The position numbers and the translations under genes were made by a program. Under the pieces are notes generated by a model. It had not been told where the DNA came from and ran no database searches. It saw only the letters and a list, made by a program, of their open reading frames with translations. From an uncultured bacterium (lineage in GTDB: Bacteria; Margulisbacteria; WOR-1; CAVSGV01), in assembly GCA_963699255.1 (NCBI GenBank), contig OY969425.1:1020001-1052000 (forward strand): a stretch of DNA of 32,000 bases. The letters are read 5' to 3'. Positions 18,196 to 26,092 of this stretch are shown in pieces (position 1 is the stretch's first letter; each line of letters begins with the position of its first letter).

Positions 18196-18916
18196 TTTTA
18201 AAAAGCTCCTCTATTCTGTCCCGTTCTTCTATTGTGTTCACTCCAAATACCTCGTTTGGGTCCTGGGCTTTATACGCATAGACCTGCAAGCTCCGCTTTG
18301 TGAAAATGCCTATTACATCCGTTAAATAATATTCCTTTTGCGCGTTATCAGGCTTTACTTCGTTCAGCGCATCGAACAGATCCTTTGAATTAAAACAATA
18401 GGTCCCTGTGTTGATTTCTTTTATGGCTAACTCGTCTTTTGTAGCATCCTTTTTCTCCACGATCTTTATGACGCGACCGTCGCTGTCCCTTACGATCCTT
18501 CCGTATGAACCCGGATCAGGCAGTACCGTGGTCATTATCGTTGCCGACGCCGGTTTGTTCTTTTTGTGCCATGAGATAAATTCCTTCAGGGTATCGGTGG
18601 TTATCAACGGCATGTCGCCGTTCAATATCAGAACAATACTATCGCTTATACAAGGCGCGGCCTGAACTGCCGCATGACCGGTGCCCAGCTGTTCCTTCTG
18701 TTCAACAAAAGTTACATTAAAGCCCCGGCATTGCGCCTTAACGATCTCCGATTTATAGCCAACGACAACAAAAACTTCGTCGAGATCCAGTCCTTCCACC
18801 GCCTCAAGTACCCGGACGATCATCGGTTTTCCCAGGACCGAATGGGAAACCTTGGGAAGATCCGATCTCATCCTGACCCCCTTGCCGGCGGCGAGGATAA
18901 TTGCAACTGTTTTCAT
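18185..18916 (-). CDS. UDP-N-acetylglucosamine pyrophosphorylase domain protein (GlmU N-terminal domain only)
   Basis: IILAAGKGVRMRSDLPKVSHSVLGKPMI, QLGTGHAA, LNGDMPLI, EINTGTY; only 243 aa, no left-handed beta-helix repeats. Confidence 0.85.
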   Translation of the reverse strand: MKTVAIILAAGKGVRMRSDLPKVSHSVLGKPMIVRVLEAVEGLDLDEVFVVVGYKSEIVKAQCRGFNVTFVEQKEQLGTGHAAVQAAPCISDSIVLILNGDMPLITTDTLKEFISWHKKNKPASATIMTTVLPDPGSYGRIVRDSDGRVIKIVEKKDATKDELAIKEINTGTYCFNSKDLFDALNEVKPDNAQKEYYLTDVIGIFTKRSLQVYAYKAQDPNEVFGVNTIEERDRIEELFKNAS

Positions 18917-18924
18917 GTCGAGTC

Positions 18925-18953
18925 ATTATAGTTACAAAAGACGGCCTTGACAA
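18925..18953 (-). promoter_or_regulatory. candidate sigma70 promoter for the GlmU-like gene, placing the start site at or next to the ATG
   Basis: Minus strand TTGTCA - 17 nt - TATAAT, then 8 nt to ATG. Confidence 0.55.
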
Positions 18954-19040
18954 GAAAGATAATAAGTATAATATTTTAAATAGAATACAGGACATTAAAA
19001 TCTCTACTCGCTCTACTCGATTTTTTTAGGGGGTGAATAA

Positions 19041-19310
19041 GTGTCAAAGACATTATACGTTGGGAATCTCCCGTGGCAGATAACAGAAGCGGAACTGACC
19101 ACATCCTTTGAGCCACATGGACAGGTGATTTCCTCAAGGATAGTGACCGAACGTGAGACCGGAAGATCGCGCGGTTTTGGCTTTGTTGAGGTGGAAGATG
19201 CCGACGCGCAGAAAATGATAAAAGCCATGAACGGTTACACTCTGGGAGGAAGAGCTTTAATAGTGAACGAAGCCCGTCCGAAAGAGTCGCGTCCAGAAGC
19301 CTCCAGTTGA
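19041..19310 (+). CDS. RNA-binding protein with a single RRM domain
   Basis: LYVGNLPW (RNP2) and RGFGFVEV (RNP1); GTG start behind TTAGGGGG. Confidence 0.93.
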   Translation: MSKTLYVGNLPWQITEAELTTSFEPHGQVISSRIVTERETGRSRGFGFVEVEDADAQKMIKAMNGYTLGGRALIVNEARPKESRPEASS

Positions 19311-19897
19311 AGATGGATGAGCAAAAGATAATCATAAGGCTGAGGAGCCTGTTGGGCCCATCCAGGTTCAAGCATTCCTTGAGGGTAAGGGAAAAAGTAT
19401 TACACCTCTCACGCTTCCACAAGGTTAGCCGACAAAAAGCAAGCATAGCAGGGCTGCTGCATGATGTCTCAAGGTTCATGGACAGGAAAGGGCTTTTAAA
19501 CCTTGCCAAAAAGATCAAGATGAATATCGATCCGATAGCAAGATTTGAGCCAAAGCTTCTTCACGCTCCTCTCTCCGCTTATATCGCAAGAACAAAGTTC
19601 GGGATAAGGGACCGGCAAATATTGAAAGCCATCAGTTCGCACACGCTCGGCCGGAAAAACATGACCATGCTTGAAAAGATCGTTTATGTCGCCGACCACG
19701 TGGAAGAAGGAAGATCGCACGCGGGTGTGGCTAACGCGAGGCGGCTTGCGGAAACGGATATAAATCAAGCCGTTGTAGCAATATCAAGCTCTATGATAAA
19801 ATACCTGTTAGGTAATGATTTGCCCGTTCATCCAATGACAGTTGAGGTGAGAAATTATTACCTCGTGAAGCATGCACAAAAAAAGAAACTTAGTTAA
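19307..19897 (+). CDS. yqeK: HD-domain hydrolase, YqeK family
   Basis: HSLRV...AGLLHDVSR...HTLG...IVYVADHVEEGR; followed by LCP and RsfS genes. Confidence 0.85.
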   Translation: MKMDEQKIIIRLRSLLGPSRFKHSLRVREKVLHLSRFHKVSRQKASIAGLLHDVSRFMDRKGLLNLAKKIKMNIDPIARFEPKLLHAPLSAYIARTKFGIRDRQILKAISSHTLGRKNMTMLEKIVYVADHVEEGRSHAGVANARRLAETDINQAVVAISSSMIKYLLGNDLPVHPMTVEVRNYYLVKHAQKKKLS

Positions 19898-20897
19898 GTT
19901 AAATAAAAATCTTTTAAAGTTATTGGCATCCCATCCAAAGGACATATCAGTTCCCCGCCACAAGCCAAAGAGATCAAAGAAAACCCTTTTGATCGTAAGT
20001 CTTATGGTCTTCGTCATTTGCGCGACAACTTTCATCGGCATCGCGACGGCGGTGATCTCCAGGTTCGCCCTGCTCGACGCCTTCCTTACGATGATGTCCA
20101 CGTCCTCGTTTATAGGAGATACAAATCTGCTCGTTGTAGGACTTGACAATGTGGGGGGCTCTCACAGAACGGATACGATAATGGTCATTCATATATCGCC
20201 AAAAGACAAACAGGTGAATGTCGTGTCCATTCCCAGGGACACTATCATGAATATTCCGGGTGTAGGGCTCACAAAAGTGAATCACGCATATGCTTACGGA
20301 GGGATACGTTTAACAAGGACGACCCTTGAAGATTTTCTGGGGATCAAAATACCTTTTACGGTCGCGATAAACATTGACGGGCTCGCAAAAGTAATAGACA
20401 CGCTTGGGGGTCTCACGATAAACGTGGAAAAAAGAATGTATTATGTGGATTACGCGGGAGGGCTTTATGTTGATCTTTATCCCGGCATCCAGCATTTGAA
20501 CGGGCGCCAGGCCCTTGGTTATGTAAGGTTCAGGCATGACTCATCAGGGGATATCGGCAGGATACTGCGGCAGCAAAAATTCATGCAGGCCCTGGCAAGA
20601 AAGATCGTCACAAAAAAGGATGTCCTGAGCGCGCCGAAGGTCATATTATCGCTTCTCTCGAACATTAACACGAACATGAGCGTCCGGCAGATCCTGGGTC
20701 TTTCGCTCGCGATGAGGCAGTCTTTCGACATAGGAAATATAGGGATGACATCGATCCCCGGTGATTCGATCATGATAGACAGGATCTATTATTTGAAACC
20801 GAACACCGCCGAAGTGGAGCGGATAACACGCCAGTATTTGACTTCGGGCATACAAAAAAAGAGGACTCTGGTGAACGGGAGGGATCTGAATAGCTAG
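19872..20897 (+). CDS. LytR-CpsA-Psr (LCP) family cell-envelope protein
   Basis: TM anchor then LLVVGLDNVGGSHRTDTIMVIHISPKDKQVNVVSIPRDTIMNIPG. Confidence 0.92.
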   Translation: MHKKRNLVKLNKNLLKLLASHPKDISVPRHKPKRSKKTLLIVSLMVFVICATTFIGIATAVISRFALLDAFLTMMSTSSFIGDTNLLVVGLDNVGGSHRTDTIMVIHISPKDKQVNVVSIPRDTIMNIPGVGLTKVNHAYAYGGIRLTRTTLEDFLGIKIPFTVAINIDGLAKVIDTLGGLTINVEKRMYYVDYAGGLYVDLYPGIQHLNGRQALGYVRFRHDSSGDIGRILRQQKFMQALARKIVTKKDVLSAPKVILSLLSNINTNMSVRQILGLSLAMRQSFDIGNIGMTSIPGDSIMIDRIYYLKPNTAEVERITRQYLTSGIQKKRTLVNGRDLNS

Positions 20898-20913
20898 GAA
20901 AGAAATAAATCTG

Positions 20914-21237
20914 GTGGAAAGCATATGCGACATTCTGGACGATAAGAAAGCGATCGATATCAACGTTATAGATGTTTCAAAATTCTCTCCGATAACCGAT
21001 CATTTTATCATTGCAACGAGCGGGTCCACCCCGCAGACAAGGGCTCTGACAAGAGCGGTGGATGAAGGGCTGGAAAAGCTCGGCTATATTGTTCCTAAGT
21101 GGCATGGAAAGATCGAGTCTAACTGGCTCATACTTGACCTGGGAAACATAATAGTTCATATTATGGGGGCGGAAGAACGTAAAAGATACAGCCTTGAGGA
21201 GATCTGGGAAAAGACCGCTATCACCTACCATATGTAG
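20914..21237 (+). CDS. rsfS: ribosome silencing factor RsfS
   Basis: FIIATSGSTPQTRAL, WLILDLGNIIVHIM, YSLEEIW. Confidence 0.9.
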   Translation: MESICDILDDKKAIDINVIDVSKFSPITDHFIIATSGSTPQTRALTRAVDEGLEKLGYIVPKWHGKIESNWLILDLGNIIVHIMGAEERKRYSLEEIWEKTAITYHM

Positions 21238-21401
21238 TAAAACAAAGAGAGAAATATTTGGTTATTTGAAACTGAGATTTGTTTGGGTTTTGAGATTTGT
21301 GATTTGGTCATTCTTCGTAAATCGGAAATCGCAAATCGAGTTGAGTTTAATGTTTGGCTAATGCTGAATTGTTAATGACGAGTAATTGATTGCGAAGCTA
21401 T

Positions 21402-21474
21402 GGGGCCGTAGTTCAGCTGGGAGAACGCTTGACTGGCAGTCAAGAGGTCGGGAGTTCGATCCTCCCCGGCTCCA
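21402..21474 (+). tRNA. tRNA-Ala (anticodon GGC), no encoded CCA
   Basis: GGGGCCG/CGGCTCC acceptor with G3:U70, anticodon arm CTTGA-CTGGCAG-TCAAG, T arm GGGAG-TTCGATC-CTCCC. Confidence 0.95.
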
Positions 21475-21516
21475 TTTTATCTAACAAGACTAATTAATAG
21501 CAGTAATAACAGGAAA

Positions 21517-21651
21517 CCTCCCTGCCCCGACCTGGGAAAAAGTGGGAGGCTCCGCCGAGCATAATGCGAGGTGGAGGGAGAAAAAACGGGAGTTTTTTCT
21601 CAGGGGGAGCGGTCCCGACTTTGTCGGGACGTTGAAGGGGGCAAAGCCCCC
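21517..21651 (+). other. run of five consecutive hairpins, candidate structured element
   Basis: CCTCCC/GGGAGG; CTCCGCC-GA-GC-ataat-GC-GA-GGTGGAG; GAGAAAAAAC-GGGA-GTTTTTTCTC; GTCCCGAC-TTT-GTCGGGAC; GGGGGC-AAA-GCCCCC. Confidence 0.6.
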
Positions 21652-21659
21652 TCAAAGAA

Positions 21660-21692
21660 AGGTCTTGAGTTCGATCCTCCCCGGCTCCACCA
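21660..21692 (+). repeat. duplicated 3' end of tRNA-Ala, with CCA; not a functional tRNA
   Basis: AGGTCttGAGTTCGATCCTCCCCGGCTCCA+CCA, 28/30 identical to 21445-21474. Confidence 0.9.
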
Positions 21693-21747
21693 ACCTTTCG
21701 GGTTGGAATGTCAAATGACCAATTACAAATGACAAATTAAGGAAAGA

Positions 21748-22386
21748 ATGTTCAATCCTTCAAAAATAATCGCGGTAGGCCTTAATTACCATGATCATGC
21801 CAAAGAAATGGGCATGGTGATACCGGGCCATCCGATCTTATTCATGAAACCCTCCACAGCGGTCATCAAAAGCGGTGACGCAATAATCTACCCGCCACAA
21901 AGCAAGAACGTCCATTACGAGGGTGAACTGGCGATAGTTATCAAGGACAAGATCAGGAATATATCCGGAAAAGAAGTCCGCAAACACATCAGGGGCTATA
22001 CCTGCGCTAATGACGTTACGGCGAGAGACCTTCAGAATATCGACGGCCAGTGGACAAGGGCAAAATCCTTCGACACCTTCTGCCCTCTCGGGCCGAGGAT
22101 CGTCGCGGACCTGGACCCGACAAACTTGAACATCCAGACCAGGGTGAACGGCGTGGTAAAACAAAGCTCAAACACAAAAAACATGATCTTCGATGTTTTC
22201 GAACTGGTTTCGTTTATTTCATCCGTCATGACCATACTGCCGGGTGATATAATAATTACCGGCACGCCTACCGGAGTTGGACCGCTTGAGGTCGGCGACA
22301 CGGTCGAGATTGAGATAGAGAAAATTGGTGTTCTGAAAAATACAGTGACCTTGGAACCTGCGACTAAAAGTCGCGGTTCCAAATAA
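21748..22386 (+). CDS. fumarylacetoacetate hydrolase (FAH) family protein
   Basis: KIIAVGLNYHDHAKE, HYEGELAIVI, GYTCANDVTARD, GDIIITGTPTGVGPL. Confidence 0.9.
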   Translation: MFNPSKIIAVGLNYHDHAKEMGMVIPGHPILFMKPSTAVIKSGDAIIYPPQSKNVHYEGELAIVIKDKIRNISGKEVRKHIRGYTCANDVTARDLQNIDGQWTRAKSFDTFCPLGPRIVADLDPTNLNIQTRVNGVVKQSSNTKNMIFDVFELVSFISSVMTILPGDIIITGTPTGVGPLEVGDTVEIEIEKIGVLKNTVTLEPATKSRGSK

Positions 22387-22418
22387 TCCGGAACCGAGGC
22401 TTTCAGCCTCAGGTTCCG
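22353..22418. repeat. paired inverted hairpins (BIME/REP-like), copy 2, overlapping the FAH gene stop
   Basis: Hairpin A GGAACC-t-GCGAC-taaaa-GTCGC-GGTTCC (22353-22380); hairpin B CGGAACC-GAGGCT-ttc-AGCCTC-a-GGTTCCG (22389-22418). Confidence 0.8.
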
Positions 22419-22436
22419 AAAAGAAAGGATAACTAA

Positions 22437-22766
22437 ATGGATAACATAACATTCGATCACTTCAAGACAATGGACCTGAGGGTGGCCGAGATCAAGGCAT
22501 GCGAGGACATTGAAGGGGCGGACAATATCTACAAGCTGACCGTTGATCTTGGAGAAGAGCGTGTAATAGTCGCGGGCATTAAACAATTTTATTCAAAAGA
22601 GCATCTCATCGGAAAAAAGGTCGTCGTTGTCGCGAACCTTGAGCCGAGGACACTTAGGGGAGTTACCTCCCAAGGAATGCTCCTTGCGGCATCAACGGAC
22701 GACAAATCCTCATTGACGATCATAACTGTCGATAAAGACATCCCCAATGGCAGCAAAGTCTCATAA
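22437..22766 (+). CDS. stand-alone tRNA-binding (TRBP/MetRS C-terminal-like) domain protein
   Basis: DLRVAEIKACEDIEGADNIYKLTVDLGEE...VVVVANLEPRTLRGVTSQGMLLAA. Confidence 0.88.
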   Translation: MDNITFDHFKTMDLRVAEIKACEDIEGADNIYKLTVDLGEERVIVAGIKQFYSKEHLIGKKVVVVANLEPRTLRGVTSQGMLLAASTDDKSSLTIITVDKDIPNGSKVS

Positions 22767-23553
22767 ACCGATACAGACTTTTCTTTTTGAGAACCTATCC
22801 CATCATAAAGGGACCTTACATTTCATATCCACAAGGAACGGAGGAATAAGCAAGCCTCCATTTGACACTCTTAATCTGAGTTTCAATGTTTCAGATGACC
22901 CAAAGAACGTGATCCAAAATCGGGAACTTCTGGCCGAAGCCCTGGGGATCGATATCGAAAGCATCACGACCGCAAAGCAGGTCCACAACAACAAGGTCGC
23001 CGTCGTGGCCAGGCATATGCGCGGAAAAGGAGCAAAAAATCAAGGGTCGGCCCTGGAAAATATTGACGCGATGGTCACGAACGTGCCTGATGTATTATTG
23101 ATGATCCAGGTCGCCGACTGCATTCCTCTCCTCTTTTATGATCCCGTTAAAAAAGTCGTTGGAGCCGCCCACGCCGGCTGGCGGGGCACGGTACTAAGGA
23201 TCGCCAAGAATACCGTCAACAGCATGGTAAAGAGATACCGGTCGGATCCTGTTAATATATATGTAGGGATCGGCCCTTCGATAGGTCCCTGCTGTTACGA
23301 GGTCGGCCATGAAGTTGTTCATGAAGTGTCAAGGAACCTTAACGACGCAAAAGATCTGATCAAATTCAAAAACGGCTCCAGTTACTTTGATCTGTGGGAA
23401 GCAAATAAATGGCAGCTTATCGAATCGGGCATTCCACAGTCAAATATCGAGATAGCCGGCATCTGCACGCGCTGCAGCAGTGACACTTTCTTTTCCTCAA
23501 GAGCGGACAAGGGGGTCACCGGAAGGTTCGCAGCGGGTATAATGCTTACTTGA
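22747..23553 (+). CDS. pgeF: YfiH/PgeF family purine nucleoside phosphorylase / polyphenol-oxidase-like protein
   Basis: STRNGGIS, NLSFNVSDD, AKQVHNNKV, ADCIPLLFYDP, AAHAGWRGT, IGPSIGPCCYEVG. Confidence 0.9.
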   Translation: MAAKSHKPIQTFLFENLSHHKGTLHFISTRNGGISKPPFDTLNLSFNVSDDPKNVIQNRELLAEALGIDIESITTAKQVHNNKVAVVARHMRGKGAKNQGSALENIDAMVTNVPDVLLMIQVADCIPLLFYDPVKKVVGAAHAGWRGTVLRIAKNTVNSMVKRYRSDPVNIYVGIGPSIGPCCYEVGHEVVHEVSRNLNDAKDLIKFKNGSSYFDLWEANKWQLIESGIPQSNIEIAGICTRCSSDTFFSSRADKGVTGRFAAGIMLT

Positions 23554-23555
23554 TG

Positions 23556-23584
23556 TTGACTGGGCCTTTTATTTGACCTAGAAT
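23556..23584 (+). promoter_or_regulatory. candidate sigma70 promoter for ppsA
   Basis: TTGACT - 17 nt - TAGAAT, ending 19 nt before the ATG at 23604. Confidence 0.45.
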
Positions 23585-23603
23585 CACTCTCAGGAGATAC
23601 GAT

Positions 23604-26003
23604 ATGAGCAAAGATAGATTTATCCGCCGGTTCGAAGAGTTGAGCGCAAAAGACGTTCCCGTTGTCGGAGGGAAGAACGCTAACCTCGGGGAAATGATAT
23701 CGACGCTCAAGGATAAAGGGATCCCCGTCCCGGATGGATTCGCAACGACCTCGGACGCCTATTGGAAATTCAGAGAATTCAACAATATCCCTGACAAAAT
23801 AAAGCCTCTGATCTCCGCGTTCAAGAAGAACCTGAAGATGCTGGAAAAAAGCGGGAAAGCGATACGCAAGCTGTTCCTGGATGCGGAGCTCCCGCCCGAA
23901 GTGAAAGACCAGATCGTCAAAGCCTACCGTGAATTATGCAAACGCTACAATTCGAAAAACGTTGATGTGGCGGTACGCAGCAGCGCGACGGCGGAGGACC
24001 TCCCGGAAGCAAGCTTTGCGGGACAGCAGGAAACATTCCTTAACATATCGGGAGAAAAAGAACTTATTGCCGCCTGCGTCAGGTGTTACGCTTCACTATT
24101 TACCGACAGGGCCATTTCTTACAGAGAAGAGAAGAAATTCAACCAGCTCAAAGTCGCGCTGTCGATCGGCGTACAAAAAATGGTCCGCTCGGACCTGGCG
24201 GGATCAGGGGTCATGTTCTCGCTGGATACGGACACAGGATTCAGGAAGGTCGTAATAATCAACGCTTCCTGGGGGCTCGGAGAGAACGTCGTGCAGGGAT
24301 ACGTCAATCCGGATGAATACATAATCTTTAAGCCGCTGCTGGGCAAACCGGGCCTGAAACCCATCATCGAAAAGAACCTCGGAGAAAAGGAACAGAAGAT
24401 GGTCTACTTGCCTGCCGGCAGGCACGGCGTGAAAAGCGGCGGAAAGAAAACAAAGAACATAGTCACAACACAAAAGGAAAGACTTTCTTTCGTGCTTAAC
24501 GATGATGAAATACTTCAGCTGGCAAAGTGGGCCGTTGTCATAGAAGATCATTACGGCCACCCGATGGACATGGAATGGGCAAAGGACGGCAGGACCGGCG
24601 ATCTTTATATAGTTCAGGCGAGAGCGGAAACTGTCGAATCGAGGAAAGAGGCTTCGATATTCAAGGAATACCGCCTGCTGGGAACGGGAAAGAAACTGGC
24701 GGAGGGTATGGCGGTAGGCGAAGCCATAGTTTCCGGAAAAGCTCAGGTCCTTATGGACGCAAAGGAGATCGATAAATTCGAAGACGGCTCCATCCTTGTG
24801 ACAATGATGACCGATCCCGACTGGGTCCCGATAATGAAGAAAGCAGCCGGCATAATAACCGACCACGGAGGAAGGACCTCCCACGCAGCCATTGTCAGCA
24901 GGGAACTGGGAATACCGGCCATTGTCGGCACCGGCAATGCCACCAGGATCCTGAAGCACGGCCAGGAAATAACGCTCTCATGCGAGGGTGAAAAAGGTTT
25001 TGTCTATGGCGGATATGTGAAATACGAAGCGATCGATCTCGATTTGAAAAACCTGCAGAAGACGAAGACACAGATCATGATGAACATCGGCGATCCCGCG
25101 GCCGGGTTCAGGTGGTGGAGGCTCCCCACGCAGGGGATTGGACTGGCAAGAATGGAATTCATTATCACTAATCACATCAAGATCCACCCGATGGCTCTTG
25201 TCAAATTCAACGAGCTGAAGGATGTAAAAGCTAAAAAACTGATACTTAAGCTTACCCGCGGTTTCAAGGATAAACCGGGCTATTTCGTTGATCGCCTCGC
25301 GAGGGGCATAGCAATGATAGCGGCTTCCCAATACCCTTATCCGGTCATAGTAAGGATGAGCGACTTCAAGACTAACGAATACGCAAACCTCATCGGCGGG
25401 GCGCAATTCGAATCCCACGAGGACAATCCGATGATAGGCTTCAGGGGGGCTTCCAGGTATTATGACGATAAATACAGGGAAGGGTTCGCCCTGGAATGCA
25501 GGGCCATCAAGATGGTCCGCGAGCAGATGGGTTTAACGAATGTCGTTGTCATGATACCTTTCTGCAGGACAGTTGAAGAAGCGGACAAGTGCCTGCTGGA
25601 AATGGAGAAGAATGGCCTTAAACGCCATGAGAACGGCCTGGAAGTGTATGTAATGGCGGAAATCCCTTCAAATATTATACTGGCCGACCAGTTCTCTCAG
25701 AGGTTCGACGGTTTCTCTATCGGCTCGAACGACCTGACACAGCTGACGCTGGGAATCGACAGGGATTCAGCGCAGCTCGCCAAGCTGTTCGACGAAAGGA
25801 ATGAAGCGATCAAAAGATCCATAAGCAGTTTGATCGAGACGGCTCACAAGAATAACGTAAAGGTCGGCATCTGCGGGCAGGCCCCTAGTGATTATCCGGA
25901 TTTTGCGAGGTTCCTTGTGGAAAAGGGTATTGATTCCATATCTCTTAATCCCGACAGCGTGATCGAGATCATCAAGACCGTTTCCGAAGCCGAAAAAAGA
26001 TAA
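23604..26003 (+). CDS. ppsA: phosphoenolpyruvate synthase
   Basis: VVGGKNANLGEM, DHGGRTSHAAIVSRELGIPAIVG, GSNDLTQLTLGIDRDS, KVGICGQAPSDYP. Confidence 0.95.
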   Translation: MSKDRFIRRFEELSAKDVPVVGGKNANLGEMISTLKDKGIPVPDGFATTSDAYWKFREFNNIPDKIKPLISAFKKNLKMLEKSGKAIRKLFLDAELPPEVKDQIVKAYRELCKRYNSKNVDVAVRSSATAEDLPEASFAGQQETFLNISGEKELIAACVRCYASLFTDRAISYREEKKFNQLKVALSIGVQKMVRSDLAGSGVMFSLDTDTGFRKVVIINASWGLGENVVQGYVNPDEYIIFKPLLGKPGLKPIIEKNLGEKEQKMVYLPAGRHGVKSGGKKTKNIVTTQKERLSFVLNDDEILQLAKWAVVIEDHYGHPMDMEWAKDGRTGDLYIVQARAETVESRKEASIFKEYRLLGTGKKLAEGMAVGEAIVSGKAQVLMDAKEIDKFEDGSILVTMMTDPDWVPIMKKAAGIITDHGGRTSHAAIVSRELGIPAIVGTGNATRILKHGQEITLSCEGEKGFVYGGYVKYEAIDLDLKNLQKTKTQIMMNIGDPAAGFRWWRLPTQGIGLARMEFIITNHIKIHPMALVKFNELKDVKAKKLILKLTRGFKDKPGYFVDRLARGIAMIAASQYPYPVIVRMSDFKTNEYANLIGGAQFESHEDNPMIGFRGASRYYDDKYREGFALECRAIKMVREQMGLTNVVVMIPFCRTVEEADKCLLEMEKNGLKRHENGLEVYVMAEIPSNIILADQFSQRFDGFSIGSNDLTQLTLGIDRDSAQLAKLFDERNEAIKRSISSLIETAHKNNVKVGICGQAPSDYPDFARFLVEKGIDSISLNPDSVIEIIKTVSEAEKR

Positions 26004-26092
26004 GCCGCGTTAAAATCTTCGTGCAAAATCTTGACATCTGTTCTATAATAGACAGGTTTTTCACAAAAATATTTTAGGAGGTTGGAAATAAA

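Noticed and set aside
21660-21692. Second functional tRNA-Ala gene
   Set aside because: Only the 3' third is present and the T-stem 5' strand is mismatched; no D or anticodon arms upstream.
21690-21706. CCAACC-tttcg-GGTTGG hairpin as a rho-independent terminator
   Set aside because: A real stem but followed by AATGTC rather than a T tract; may be a processing or weak termination element only.
26031-26049. TTGACA ... TATAAT upstream of ppdK
   Set aside because: The two hexamers are only 7 nt apart, incompatible with a sigma70 promoter; the TATAAT alone has no convincing -35 at 16-18 nt.
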